Assembly (NCBI GenBank): GCA_046296715.1
Contig: JBKBIN010000011.1
Coordinates: 1 to 36,964 of the forward strand
Reading direction: 5' to 3'
From: Candidatus Ratteibacteria bacterium
Lineage (GTDB): Bacteria; Ratteibacteria; UBA8468; B48-G9; JAFGKM01
DNA length: 36,964 nt
Shown here: in pieces, positions 16,792-27,067 of the stretch
Layout: each line of letters begins with the position of its first letter
Position numbering within the stretch: position 1 is the stretch's first letter
Program-made: the position numbers and the translations under genes
The notes under the pieces: model-generated
What the model was told of the DNA's origin: nothing
The model's database searches: none
The model's input: the letters and a program-made list of their open reading frames with translations, nothing else

Positions 16792-18723
16792 ATGAGAATC
16801 TACGAACTTGCAAAAAAACATAATATTCAAACTAAAGATTTACTAAAAATTTTGGAAGAAATTGGTATAAAAGGGAAACAGATATTGAGTCAGATTACAG
16901 AAAGTGAAATAAATAAATTTGAAGAATATATAAAAAAAGAGAGAGAAAAGGAGGAAAAAGAAAAAGAAAAAAAAGAAGTTATTTTGACCGGAAAAGAAAA
17001 TGTCAACGAACTATCTAAAAAAATTAAAATTCCATCATCTGAGATTTTAAAGTTTCTTCTCAATGAAAAAATTATAGTTAATTTAAATCAAACACTTAGC
17101 AAAGAGCAAATTAAAAAAATATGTGAAAAGTTTAATTATATACCTATCTTTCAAGAAACAGAACAGCCAGTTTTAGAAAGAAAAATTGAAAAGGAACAAC
17201 CTATATATATTAAAAGACCACCAGTAGTAACTGTAATGGGACATGTAGACCATGGTAAAACAACCATTCTTGATAAGATAAGAAAAACTAAAGTTGCAGA
17301 AAAAGAAGTTGGCCAGATTACCCAAAAAATTGGAGCATATAAAGTAGATTTACCAGAAGGATCTATCGTTTTTCTTGATACCCCTGGACATGAAGCATTT
17401 ACAGCGATGAGAGCGATGGGAGCAAAAATCACAGATATTGTTGTTCTTGTTGTTGCTGCTGATGAAGGAGTAAAACCTCAAACAATTGAAGCACTAAATC
17501 ATGCAAAATCTGCGAATGTTCCAATAATAGTTGCTATAAATAAAATTGACAAACCAAATGCAAATCCAGAAAGAGTTAAACAGCAACTTTCTGAATATGG
17601 ACTAATTCCTGAAGAATGGGGAGGAAATACTGTATATGTAAATGTTTCTGGTCTAACAGGTGAAGGAATAAATGATTTACTTGAAATGATACTTCTTGTA
17701 GGAGAAATGCTTGATTTAAAAGCAATTATAAACTGTAAATGTGATGGAACAGTAATTGAATCTTTTATTGATAAATTTAAAGGTCCTGTAATAAGTGTAA
17801 TTATTGAAAATGGTATATTAAAAGTTGGGGATCCTTTCATTGTTGGTACTACCTGGGGAAAAGTAAGAGCAATTATTGATGAATGGGGAAGAAGATTGAC
17901 AGAAGCAAAACCTTCTACACCAGTTGAAATTTTAGGAAGTCATGGAATTGCAATCCCTGGAGAAAAATTTAAAGTTGTTGATTCAGAAAAAGAAGCAAGA
18001 GAATATTCGGAAAAAATTCAGAAAGAGAAAGAAAATATGGCTGTTCCAGTAAAAAGATTGAGTTTAAAAGACCTTTACGAAGAAATTAAAAAAGGAAAGT
18101 TGAAAGAATTAAACGTAATTTTAAAAACCGACTTTTACAATTCAATAGATGCGATTAAAAACATTTTTTCTAAAATACCCCAAGATGAGATAAAAATTGA
18201 TATAATTCATGCTGGTACAGGACCAATAAGTGAATCTGATGTCTTACTTGCTTCTGCCTCTAATGGAATTGTTATCGGCTTTAAAGTTCCAATAGAACCA
18301 AAAGCAAAAGAACTTGCTAAAAAGGAGAATATAGAAATAAGGACTTATGAATTAATATATGACATTAGTGAAGATATTATTAAAGCGATAGAAGGAATGT
18401 TGGAACCGGAAATAAAAGAAGAAATGGTGGGACAAGCACTTGTAAAAAAAGTTTTTAAAATTGATAAAAATCTTACTGTTGCAGGATGTATAGTCGTTAG
18501 TGGAAAAGTTGTAAAAAATTCAAAAGTTAAAATAATTAGGAATGGGAAAATTATATTCAGTGGTATTCTAACAAGTTTAAAAAGATTTAAAGATCCTGTA
18601 AATGAAGTTAGTTACAACAATGAATGTGGTATTGGAATTGATAATTTTAATAGTTTTGAAGAAGGAGATATTATTCAGTCGTTCATTGAAGTTACAATTC
18701 CAAGAAAATTAAAAGGAGAATAA
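16792..18723 (+). CDS. infB: Translation initiation factor IF-2
   Basis: MRIYELAK N-terminal domain, [44 protein letters not shown] and ECGI. Confidence 0.97.
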   Translation: MRIYELAKKHNIQTKDLLKILEEIGIKGKQILSQITESEINKFEEYIKKEREKEEKEKEKKEVILTGKENVNELSKKIKIPSSEILKFLLNEKIIVNLNQTLSKEQIKKICEKFNYIPIFQETEQPVLERKIEKEQPIYIKRPPVVTVMGHVDHGKTTILDKIRKTKVAEKEVGQITQKIGAYKVDLPEGSIVFLDTPGHEAFTAMRAMGAKITDIVVLVVAADEGVKPQTIEALNHAKSANVPIIVAINKIDKPNANPERVKQQLSEYGLIPEEWGGNTVYVNVSGLTGEGINDLLEMILLVGEMLDLKAIINCKCDGTVIESFIDKFKGPVISVIIENGILKVGDPFIVGTTWGKVRAIIDEWGRRLTEAKPSTPVEILGSHGIAIPGEKFKVVDSEKEAREYSEKIQKEKENMAVPVKRLSLKDLYEEIKKGKLKELNVILKTDFYNSIDAIKNIFSKIPQDEIKIDIIHAGTGPISESDVLLASASNGIVIGFKVPIEPKAKELAKKENIEIRTYELIYDISEDIIKAIEGMLEPEIKEEMVGQALVKKVFKIDKNLTVAGCIVVSGKVVKNSKVKIIRNGKIIFSGILTSLKRFKDPVNEVSYNNECGIGIDNFNSFEEGDIIQSFIEVTIPRKLKGE

Positions 18724-18725
18724 AT

Positions 18726-19067
18726 ATGAATTGCATTTTTTGTAAAATTGTAAATAATGAGATTAAAAGTAACAAGGTTTATGAAGATGAAGATTTGGTC
18801 TGCATAAGAGATATAAATCCTCAAGCACCAGTCCATATACTTATTATTCCTAAAAAACATATTGCAAAACTTCATGAGATAAAAGAGGAAGAAATAATCC
18901 TTTTAGGAAAAATGTTAAAAATTGCCTGTTATGTTGCTGAAAAAGAAGGGATAAAAGATTCTGGCTATAGAATAGTTATTAACACAAACAGAAATGCCGG
19001 ACAGAGTGTAGATCATATCCACTTTCATTTATTAGGTGGAAGAATAATGCTATGGCCACCAGGGTAA
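18726..19067 (+). CDS. hinT: Histidine triad nucleotide-binding protein (HinT/PKCI)
   Basis: CIFCKI, DINPQAPVHILIIPKKH and GQSVDHIHFHLLGGR.MLWPPG. Confidence 0.93.
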   Translation: MNCIFCKIVNNEIKSNKVYEDEDLVCIRDINPQAPVHILIIPKKHIAKLHEIKEEEIILLGKMLKIACYVAEKEGIKDSGYRIVINTNRNAGQSVDHIHFHLLGGRIMLWPPG

Positions 19068-19071
19068 TAAA

Positions 19072-19632
19072 ATGAAAATTACGAAGATTTTATTATTGGT
19101 TTTTCTGATAGTTGCAATTTTTAATTCCTGCACTAAAAAGAAAGAGGAAGTTTTTTTAGAAAATGAAAAGCTTAAAGGATTTTCTTTAAAGCATTTTTCA
19201 CAAAATTATTTACTTACATTATATGGAGAAAGTGCTGAAATAACAGAAAATAAAAATACTAAAATCTCTTCCCCAATTCTTTCTTTAAAGACAGAAACAG
19301 AAATAATTGAAATCAAAACTGATAAAGAAGGAAAAGGAGAAATAAAAGTTGACCCAGAAAATAAAAAACTAAAAGAGATTATCATAACCGGAAAAGTGGT
19401 AATTTTATATAAGGATAAAAATGCAGGAAATATAACAATGGAAATAACTTGTGGAAAGGTAACTTATGTAGAAGAAAAAAAAGAAATGATTTTTGAAGAA
19501 AAACCATTGATTAAGAGAGGAAAAAATAAATTTTCAGGAGATAAAATTATTTACAGTGTAGATAATAATACGATTGAAATAAAAGGAAATGTAAATGTTG
19601 AAATTTATCCTGAAGAAAAAACTAACAAATGA
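19072..19632 (+). CDS. LptC/LptA-like beta-jellyroll putative lipoprotein
   Basis: Lipoprotein-like signal (IVAIFNSC). Beta-rich, with C-terminal LIKRGKNKFSGDKIIYSVDNNTIEIKGNV resembling OstA/LptA. Position upstream of hpf-ptsN matches the usual lptCAB neighbourhood. Confidence 0.6.
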   Translation: MKITKILLLVFLIVAIFNSCTKKKEEVFLENEKLKGFSLKHFSQNYLLTLYGESAEITENKNTKISSPILSLKTETEIIEIKTDKEGKGEIKVDPENKKLKEIIITGKVVILYKDKNAGNITMEITCGKVTYVEEKKEMIFEEKPLIKRGKNKFSGDKIIYSVDNNTIEIKGNVNVEIYPEEKTNK

Positions 19633-20497
19633 TATTTTTCTTTTTTTATTTTTTTTAAATTGCTTTATTTTTTCAAATGAAAGATCTTTTTTTATAAGAT
19701 TGCTTGACCAAAATGTTGTTAGAGAGATAGAAATTGAAGAATATATTTCAGGAGTTGTAGCAAAAGAAATGAATGAAAATTGGGCAATTGAAGCATTAAA
19801 AGCACAAGCAGTAGTTTCAAGAACTTATTTGATCTGGAAAATGATAAAAAATAAAAATAGTTATTATGATATTGAAAACTCAATCTATAATCAACTATAT
19901 CAAGACTGCAAAAATGAAAAAATAAAATCTGCAGTTTTTGAAACAAAAGGAGAAATTCTAACAACTGAAAATGGAGAAATAGTACCAGTTTTTTTTCATG
20001 CTTGCTCAGGCGGAATAACAGCAAATCCTTCCGATGTCTGGAAGGGTAAATTTCCATTAGATTATTCAGTTTTAGATCCCTATTCAGATGATGCTCCTTT
20101 TTCTTCTTGGGAAAAAAATATTCCAAAAAAGTATTTATCGGAAATATTTAAAATCCCAATAGAAAAAATTGAAATAATTGAAAAAGATAAAACAAATAGA
20201 GTAAAATTGTTGAAGATTATAACAAAAAAAGGTAATGTAATAAGAATAACAGGGACTGAATTTAGAGAAAAAGTTAATCAAAATACACAAGTTTATTTCA
20301 ATAATCCATATATAATTCCAAGTACTATGTTTGAGATAATTGATAAAGGAGAGAATATCATTTTTATTGGTAAAGGTTATGGACATGGAGTTGGATTATC
20401 ACAATGGGGAGCAAAGAAAATGGCAGAAATTGGATTTGATTACAAAAATATATTAAAATTTTATTTTCCTAATTTAGAGATAAGGAAAATATATTAA
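19595..20497 (+). CDS. SpoIID/LytB domain lytic transglycosylase
   Basis: EEYISGVVAKEM...EALKAQAVVSRTY, FHACSGGIT and GKGYGHGVGLSQWGA. N-terminal hydrophobic segment. Confidence 0.92.
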   Translation: MLKFILKKKLTNDIFLFLFFLNCFIFSNERSFFIRLLDQNVVREIEIEEYISGVVAKEMNENWAIEALKAQAVVSRTYLIWKMIKNKNSYYDIENSIYNQLYQDCKNEKIKSAVFETKGEILTTENGEIVPVFFHACSGGITANPSDVWKGKFPLDYSVLDPYSDDAPFSSWEKNIPKKYLSEIFKIPIEKIEIIEKDKTNRVKLLKIITKKGNVIRITGTEFREKVNQNTQVYFNNPYIIPSTMFEIIDKGENIIFIGKGYGHGVGLSQWGAKKMAEIGFDYKNILKFYFPNLEIRKIY

Positions 20498-20509
20498 AAG
20501 GGAGAAAAA

Positions 20510-20794
20510 ATGGATATAAAAATTCATTCGGAAGTTCAAATAAACAAAGAATATGAAGAATATATAAAAGAAAAAATTGAAAAATTAAAAAAATTTGTTC
20601 TTAATGACGGATATGTTGAATTTCACATAAAAAAAGATGGTCCTTTATATTTAACAGAAATTTATTTACATTCAAAAAATATTAAGGTTTTTTTGAAAGA
20701 AAAAAGCAATGACATAAATAAAAGTGTTGAAACGCTTTTAGACAAAACAAAAATAAAATTAAGAAAATTACATGACAAAATTGTGAACAAATAA
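20510..20794 (+). CDS. hpf: Ribosome hibernation promoting factor (short HPF/RaiA-like)
   Basis: 94 aa with pattern MDIKI...EYIKEKIEKLKKF...ND(I)NKSVE.LLDK.K.KLRK.HDK. Directly upstream of ptsN. GGAG SD. Confidence 0.75.
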   Translation: MDIKIHSEVQINKEYEEYIKEKIEKLKKFVLNDGYVEFHIKKDGPLYLTEIYLHSKNIKVFLKEKSNDINKSVETLLDKTKIKLRKLHDKIVNK

Positions 20795-20809
20795 AAAGGA
20801 GGCAAAAAA

Positions 20810-21283
20810 ATGAAAATAGTAGATTATTTGAAAGAAGATTGTATAATAACCAATTTGAAAAGTAGGGATAAAAAATCTGTATTAAAGGAAATGATAAAAA
20901 ATCTTGAAAAAAATGGATATATAAAAGATAGTGAAAAAATTTTAGAGGCAGTTATGGAAAGAGAAAAACTTGGTTCAACTGGAATAGGACAGGGAATTGC
21001 AATACCTCATGTAAAAACTGATCAGATAAATGAAATTATTTGTGCATTAGGGCTTTCCCAAACAGGAGTAGATTTTGATTCTCTGGATGGAGAACCTGTT
21101 TATATAATATTTCTTGTTCTTGCACCAACAAAATCAATTGGTCAGCATTTGAAAACTCTGGCTAAAATAGCAAGATTGTTAAAAGATAAAGTTTTTAGAA
21201 ATGCTCTTAGAAATTGTAAGACACCAGAAGAAGCAATTAAAATTATAAGAGAGGATGAGGAAAAATTAAATAGTTTATCTTGA
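20810..21283 (+). CDS. ptsN: PTS IIA component, Ntr/fructose type
   Basis: EREKLGSTGIGQGIAIPH (phospho-His), GVDFDSLDGEPV and HLKTLAKIARLL. AGGAGG SD. Confidence 0.9.
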   Translation: MKIVDYLKEDCIITNLKSRDKKSVLKEMIKNLEKNGYIKDSEKILEAVMEREKLGSTGIGQGIAIPHVKTDQINEIICALGLSQTGVDFDSLDGEPVYIIFLVLAPTKSIGQHLKTLAKIARLLKDKVFRNALRNCKTPEEAIKIIREDEEKLNSLS

Positions 21284-21293
21284 AAATCCCAAA

Positions 21294-23000
21294 ATGAAAA
21301 AAATAAAAGGAATTCCTGGTTCTCCTGGTATTGCTATTGGAAAAGCAAGAAAACTGAATGATGATTTTTTATCACTAAAAGAAATAAAGAAAATAAAAGA
21401 AGAAGATATAGACGAAGAAATAAGAAGATTGAAAGAAAGTATCAATAAAACAGAAAATGAAATTTTAGAAATCATAAATAATATAAAAAAAATTACAGAT
21501 AAAGAATATGCTGAAATTTTTTCTTTTCATCTTTCTCTTTTAAAGGATAAAAACCTTATTGCAAAAATAGAGAAGATAATAAAAAGCGAAAAAGTCACTG
21601 CTGAAACAGCCATAAAAAAATTTATTGATAATCTGAATAAGGAGTTTTCAGAAAGTAATTTTAAAAAAAGAAAAAAAGAGATATTGGATATTTTTGAGAG
21701 AATAGTTTCAAATTTAAGTAAAAAAAATAATAGATTTAAAAATATAAAAGACGGGATATTAGTTTCAAATGACCTTTCACCTACACAAACAGTATCAATT
21801 GATACAAAATATATTAAAGGTTTTATAACTTCTATGGGGACAGAAACTTCACATACAGCAATAATAGCAAAAGCTCTTGAAATCCCTGCAGTTGTTGGTA
21901 TTAAAGAAAATATTGAGCATATAAAAGAAAATGATACACTTTTGATTGATGGTTATGAAGGTATTGTAATAATTAATCCTACTCAAAATGAAATTGATAA
22001 AATTAAACTTAAGGAAAAGGAAAGAGAAAAACTAAAGAAAAAAATATACATATTGAAAAATAAAAAAACCATGACTACTGATGGAAAAGAGATAAAATTA
22101 TATGCAAACATACAACTTCCAGAAGAAGTTGAAACTGCTTTAAAATATGGTGCAGAAGGAATTGGATTATTTAGGACAGAATATCTCTATTTAAAAAGAA
22201 AGGACTTACCAACAGAAGAAGAACAATTTCTCTCATATAAAAATATAATAGAAAAATTTGGAAAAAGAGAAATCATAATAAGAACGATTGATGTTGGTGG
22301 AGACAAATTTATTTCTGCATTTGAGGGACCAAAAGAGTTAAATTCATTTCTCGGCTTAAGAGGAATAAGATTCTGTCTTGAAAAAAGGGACATTTTTTTA
22401 ACTCAGATAAGAGCGATATTAAGAGCAAGTTATTATGGAGATTTAAAAATGATGTTTCCAATGATTACAACAAAAGAAGAAGTTATAGAGACAAAAAAAA
22501 TAATTGAAGAAGCAAAGAAAAAACTGAAAAAAGAAAATTTGAAATTTAATGAAGATATTAAAATTGGTATTATGATAGAAACTCCTTCTGCTGCTTTAGT
22601 TTCAGATGACCTTGCAAAGGAAGTAGATTTTTTTAGTATTGGTTCAAATGATTTAATTCAATATACTTTAGCAATAGATAGAGTTAATGAAAAATTATCT
22701 TACTTATATCAACCCTGTCATCCTTCTGTTTTAAATTTAATAAAAATTACTGTTGAAAATGCTATAAAGAATAATATCAAAATTAGTTTATGTGGAGAAA
22801 TGGCTTCAATACCAGAAATAGCATGTCTGTTAATTGGTCTTGGAATAGATGAATTAAGTATGGCACCAGTTGCAATTCCTTCTGTTAAAGAAAAAATTCT
22901 TAAAAATAGTTATACAGAGATAAAAAAGATTACAGATGAAATTATTAATTTTGATTCACATGAAAAAATCATAAATTTTCTTAAAAGACATCTCAAATAA
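21294..23000 (+). CDS. ptsI: Phosphoenolpyruvate-protein phosphotransferase (PTS enzyme I)
   Basis: GIPGSPGIAIG, TSHTAIIAK (phospho-His), GIGLFRTE, RTIDVGGDK, FLGLRGIR, MIETP, SIGSNDLIQY and CGEMA. Confidence 0.96.
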   Translation: MKKIKGIPGSPGIAIGKARKLNDDFLSLKEIKKIKEEDIDEEIRRLKESINKTENEILEIINNIKKITDKEYAEIFSFHLSLLKDKNLIAKIEKIIKSEKVTAETAIKKFIDNLNKEFSESNFKKRKKEILDIFERIVSNLSKKNNRFKNIKDGILVSNDLSPTQTVSIDTKYIKGFITSMGTETSHTAIIAKALEIPAVVGIKENIEHIKENDTLLIDGYEGIVIINPTQNEIDKIKLKEKEREKLKKKIYILKNKKTMTTDGKEIKLYANIQLPEEVETALKYGAEGIGLFRTEYLYLKRKDLPTEEEQFLSYKNIIEKFGKREIIIRTIDVGGDKFISAFEGPKELNSFLGLRGIRFCLEKRDIFLTQIRAILRASYYGDLKMMFPMITTKEEVIETKKIIEEAKKKLKKENLKFNEDIKIGIMIETPSAALVSDDLAKEVDFFSIGSNDLIQYTLAIDRVNEKLSYLYQPCHPSVLNLIKITVENAIKNNIKISLCGEMASIPEIACLLIGLGIDELSMAPVAIPSVKEKILKNSYTEIKKITDEIINFDSHEKIINFLKRHLK

Positions 23001-23022
23001 AGATTTTAAAAAAGGAGAGAAA

Positions 23023-24054
23023 ATGAAAATAAATGCGCTTTTAAAAAAATTTGATAAGAGTGACATGTTTTCGTTATTAAAAAATTTTCCTCAACACTGT
23101 TTTGAAGGATATAATTTTTCAGTACCAGAAATAAAGAAAAATTTTGAGAAAATAATTTTTACTGGTATGGGTGGTTCTGCAATAGCAGGAGATGTTATGA
23201 AAGTTTTAATAGAAGATGTTGCAGAAATCCCTGTTTTTGTTATAAGAGATTATTCATTACCAAGATATATAGATTCTAAAACTTTAATTATTGTTGAAAG
23301 TTATTCAGGTAATACTGAAGAAACAATATATGCTTATAAAAATGCAAATGAGAAAAAATGTTTAATAATTTGTATCTCAAGTAATGGCGAAATTGAAAAA
23401 CTCGCAAATTCAGACCATAACTTATTTATTAAAATTCCTTCAGGAATGCCTCCAAGATGTGCTTTTGGATATCTTTTCTTTTCTGTTTACAAGTTTTTTG
23501 TTCAACTGAATATGTTACCTCCTCTTGAAAAACAATTTTTTCAAAAAGTTGAAAATTGGGTAGAGAAGTTTTTGCCTTATAATGAAAACAATAAAGCAAT
23601 AGAAATTGCAAAAAAGATTCACAAAAATGTTCTTCTTATTTATTCTGAAAATAGATTATTTCCTGGAATTTTAAGATGGAAAACTCAAATAGCAGAAAAT
23701 TCAAAAAATTTTTCGTTTATCAATGTTTTACCAGAGATGAATCACAACGAAATAATGTCTTTTTATTTTCCTAAATTATTTTTAAACAGGATAATCGCTC
23801 TATTTATAATTTCAGGTATTGAAAATCAAAGAGTAAAAAAAAGAATTGAAATAACTTCAAATATTATTTCACAAAAAGTTAAAGAAGTTTTAAAATTAAA
23901 TATAGAAGGAGATACTCTACTTGAAAAATTAATATATTTAATAATTCTTGGTGACTGGATAAGTTATTACCTTGCAATTTTTAATAGAGTTGACCCAACA
24001 GAAATAAAAGAAATAAATATTTTAAAAGAAGAAATGAAAAAAGGAGAAGAATAA
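23023..24054 (+). CDS. Bifunctional phosphoglucose/phosphomannose isomerase
   Basis: [42 protein letters not shown] and GDWISYYLA. Confidence 0.92.
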   Translation: MKINALLKKFDKSDMFSLLKNFPQHCFEGYNFSVPEIKKNFEKIIFTGMGGSAIAGDVMKVLIEDVAEIPVFVIRDYSLPRYIDSKTLIIVESYSGNTEETIYAYKNANEKKCLIICISSNGEIEKLANSDHNLFIKIPSGMPPRCAFGYLFFSVYKFFVQLNMLPPLEKQFFQKVENWVEKFLPYNENNKAIEIAKKIHKNVLLIYSENRLFPGILRWKTQIAENSKNFSFINVLPEMNHNEIMSFYFPKLFLNRIIALFIISGIENQRVKKRIEITSNIISQKVKEVLKLNIEGDTLLEKLIYLIILGDWISYYLAIFNRVDPTEIKEINILKEEMKKGEE

Positions 24055-24055
24055 A

Positions 24056-25198
24056 ATGGGTAATAATTATTACTTTACATCGGAATCTGTTTGTGAAGGT
24101 CATCCTGACAAAATATGTGACCAAATTTCAGATTTAATTCTTGATGAAGTTTTAAAACAGGATAAAAATGGTAGGGTTGCTTGTGAAACTTTAACAACAA
24201 GAGGTATTTTATTTATTGCAGGCGAAATTACTACAACTGGTTATGTAGATATACCTGAAATTGCAAGAAATTTATTAAAAGAGATTGGATATACTGACCC
24301 ATCCTATGGATTCCAGTATGAATCTGTCGGAATAATAACCTCTATTCAGGAACAAGCACCTGAAATAGCGATTGGAGTTGATAAAGGAGGAGCAGGAGAC
24401 CAGGGAATGATGTTTGGATATGCAACTGATGAAACTCCTGAATTAATGCCTTTACCAATAATGCTTGCACATAAACTTGTGATGAGATTAGCAGAGATAA
24501 GAAAAAAGAAAATAGTTGATTATTTAAGACCTGATGGAAAATCACAGGTTACAGTTCTTTATGAAAATGATAAACCAGTTTATGTTGAAAGTGTAGTTAT
24601 ATCAGCACAACACAATCCCAATGTTCCACAGAAAAAAATTAGAGAAGATATGATTGAACTTGTAATAAACTATGTAATTCCTCAAGAGTTAAGAAGTAAA
24701 AATATGAAAATTTTTGTAAATCCAACAGGTAGTTTTACTATCGGAGGTCCAATGGCAGATACAGGGGTTACTGGAAGAAAAATAATTGTAGATACCTATG
24801 GCGGAATTGGAAGTCATGGTGGTGGATGTTTTTCAGGAAAAGACCCTACAAAGGTTGATAGATCAGGTTCTTATATGGCAAGATATCTTGCAAAGAATAT
24901 AGTTGCTTCTGGTTTAGCAAAGAAATGTGAAATCCAAATTGCTTATGTTATTGGCCAAATAGAACCTGTATCTTTAATGATAAACACCAAAAATACAGGT
25001 GTTATACCCGATGATGAAATCGTAAAAATTGTTAAAGAAAATTTTGACCTATCTCCAAGGGGAATTATAAAAAAACTTGATCTTTTAAGACCTATTTATA
25101 GAAAAACAGCATGTTATGGACATTTTGGAAGGAATGATGAAGATTTTACCTGGGAAAAGACAGATTCAACAGAAATATTTATAAAAAATGCAAAATAG
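24056..25198 (+). CDS. metK: S-adenosylmethionine synthetase
   Basis: [59 protein letters not shown] and YGHFGR. Confidence 0.97.
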   Translation: MGNNYYFTSESVCEGHPDKICDQISDLILDEVLKQDKNGRVACETLTTRGILFIAGEITTTGYVDIPEIARNLLKEIGYTDPSYGFQYESVGIITSIQEQAPEIAIGVDKGGAGDQGMMFGYATDETPELMPLPIMLAHKLVMRLAEIRKKKIVDYLRPDGKSQVTVLYENDKPVYVESVVISAQHNPNVPQKKIREDMIELVINYVIPQELRSKNMKIFVNPTGSFTIGGPMADTGVTGRKIIVDTYGGIGSHGGGCFSGKDPTKVDRSGSYMARYLAKNIVASGLAKKCEIQIAYVIGQIEPVSLMINTKNTGVIPDDEIVKIVKENFDLSPRGIIKKLDLLRPIYRKTACYGHFGRNDEDFTWEKTDSTEIFIKNAK

Positions 25199-26450
25199 TT
25201 TTCCAAAATTTTCAATAAAAGATATAAATCTATTCAAAATTGGCGAAAATAAAGTTTTATGGGCTTTGGAACATATGCCTGTTGTAAATTATTTGAGAAA
25301 AATATACAGTAAGAAAAAAATTTTCAAGGGATATAGAATAGGAGCATGTCTTCATATTACTTCGGAAACAGCAAATCTTATTCTGAATTTTAAAAAAGCA
25401 GGTGCGGAAGTATTTTTATGTGCATCAAATCCATTAAGTACCCAAGATGAAGTGGCAGCATATTTAGTTAAACAAGGAATATCTGTATTTGGAAAAAGAA
25501 ATGAAAGTAGTGAGGAATATTATAAAAACATAGAAAATGTGGCAAAAACTATGCCTCATTTTATTATAGATGATGGAGGAGATTTAATTACATTTATTCA
25601 TCAAAATCAAAAATATATAAAGAACGTTATAGGAGCAACAGAAGAAACAACAACTGGTGTTATCCGTTTAAAAAATCTACATAATCAAAAACTTCTAAAA
25701 TTTCCAGTAATTGCAGTAAATAATGCAAAAACAAAATACCTATTTGACAATAGATATGGAACAGGACAGTCAACAGTTGATGGATTTTTACGAGCAACTA
25801 ACATTTTAATTGCTGGAAAAACAATTGTTGTTTGTGGTTATGGATGGTGTGGAAAAGGAATTGCTCATAGATTTAGAGGAATGGGTGGTAAAGTAATAGT
25901 TGTTGAAGTGGATCCAATAAAAGCCCTTGAAGCAATAATGGATGGATTTTCTGTGATGACAATAAGTCAAGCAAGTAAAATAGGTGATATATTTATTACT
26001 GCCACTGGAAATACATCTGTTATAACAATGAATGAAATAAAAAAAATGAAAAATGGAGTAATTCTTGGAAATTCTGGACATTTTAATGTTGAAATAAAAA
26101 TGGATGAAATAGAAAAAAATACATTAAGAAAAAGAATAATAAGAAATGGATTAACTGAGTATCTTCTTAAAACCAAAAAGAAAATTTATATTCTTGGAGA
26201 GGGGAGATTATTAAACCTTGCCTGTGCAGAAGGTCATCCTCCAGAAGTTATGGATATGAGTTTTGCAAATCAATTTTTATCTATAAAATTTTTAAAGGAA
26301 AATTCAAATATAGAAATAGGTGTATATGATGTTCCTGAAAAAATAGATAAACAGATTGCGAAATATAAACTTAAAACGATGAATGTTAAAATTGGTAGTT
26401 TAACAAAAACACAAAAGAAATATCTTTCTTCTTGGACATTAGGAACATAA
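25188..26450 (+). CDS. ahcY: Adenosylhomocysteinase
   Basis: [52 protein letters not shown] and [11 protein letters not shown]. Confidence 0.97.
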   Translation: MQNSFPKFSIKDINLFKIGENKVLWALEHMPVVNYLRKIYSKKKIFKGYRIGACLHITSETANLILNFKKAGAEVFLCASNPLSTQDEVAAYLVKQGISVFGKRNESSEEYYKNIENVAKTMPHFIIDDGGDLITFIHQNQKYIKNVIGATEETTTGVIRLKNLHNQKLLKFPVIAVNNAKTKYLFDNRYGTGQSTVDGFLRATNILIAGKTIVVCGYGWCGKGIAHRFRGMGGKVIVVEVDPIKALEAIMDGFSVMTISQASKIGDIFITATGNTSVITMNEIKKMKNGVILGNSGHFNVEIKMDEIEKNTLRKRIIRNGLTEYLLKTKKKIYILGEGRLLNLACAEGHPPEVMDMSFANQFLSIKFLKENSNIEIGVYDVPEKIDKQIAKYKLKTMNVKIGSLTKTQKKYLSSWTLGT

Positions 26451-27046
26451 TGAAAAAATCAGTTGTTGTTGGAATTACAGGTATTTTTGGTTCTGGAAAA
26501 ACAACTATATCAAAAATTCTAAGAAAGTGGAAATATAAAGTTATTTCCTGTGATGAAATTGTCCATAATTTATGGAAGAAAAAAAGCGTTTTAAAAAAAA
26601 TAAAAAGAATATTGGGACAAGATATTGAAGTAAATGGTAAGATAAATAAAAAAAGAGTGAGAGAGATTGTTTTTAATGACAAAGATAAAAAGGAAGAATT
26701 AGAAAATTTACTCCATCCAATGGTATTTGAAAAAATTAATAAAGAAATACTTGACATAAAAAAAAATGGCGGTATAATATTTATAGAAATTCCCCTATTA
26801 TTTGAGACAAAAAGTGAAAAATTATTTGATAAAATAATTGTGGTAGCCACACCCCAAAAAAAGATTATAGAAAGGTTAAAAAATAAATATACTGAAAAAG
26901 AAATAAAAAAAATATGGAAAAATCAACTATCTCTTAAATACAAAAAAGAAAACGCCGATTATCTAATTGATAACTCTTATTCTATTGAAGAAACAAAAGA
27001 AAAATTAAAAAGAATTCTTTCTAAATTGTTAAAAGAAGTAAATTAA
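26450..27046 (+). CDS. coaE: Dephospho-CoA kinase
   Basis: VGITGIFGSGKTT, CDEIVH, LENLLHP, EIPLLFE and ADYLIDN. Start at ATG 26450 overlaps the ahcY stop (TAATG). Confidence 0.93.
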   Translation: MKKSVVVGITGIFGSGKTTISKILRKWKYKVISCDEIVHNLWKKKSVLKKIKRILGQDIEVNGKINKKRVREIVFNDKDKKEELENLLHPMVFEKINKEILDIKKNGGIIFIEIPLLFETKSEKLFDKIIVVATPQKKIIERLKNKYTEKEIKKIWKNQLSLKYKKENADYLIDNSYSIEETKEKLKRILSKLLKEVN

Positions 27047-27067
27047 AATTTTAAAAAGGAGAAAAGG

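Noticed and set aside
17151..17840. Antisense ORFs within infB
   Set aside because: Shadow frames of the conserved G-domain.
21270..21300. ptsN-ptsI fusion by TGA readthrough
   Set aside because: The genes are in different frames and both are complete with normal termini.
24000..24056. SAM riboswitch upstream of metK
   Set aside because: Only 1 nt separates the PGI/PMI stop from the metK ATG, so there is no leader.
26386..26850. 154-aa antisense ORF over coaE, plus the other short antisense ORFs in the track
   Set aside because: Complements of Lys/Glu/Ile-rich coding strands with no independent evidence.
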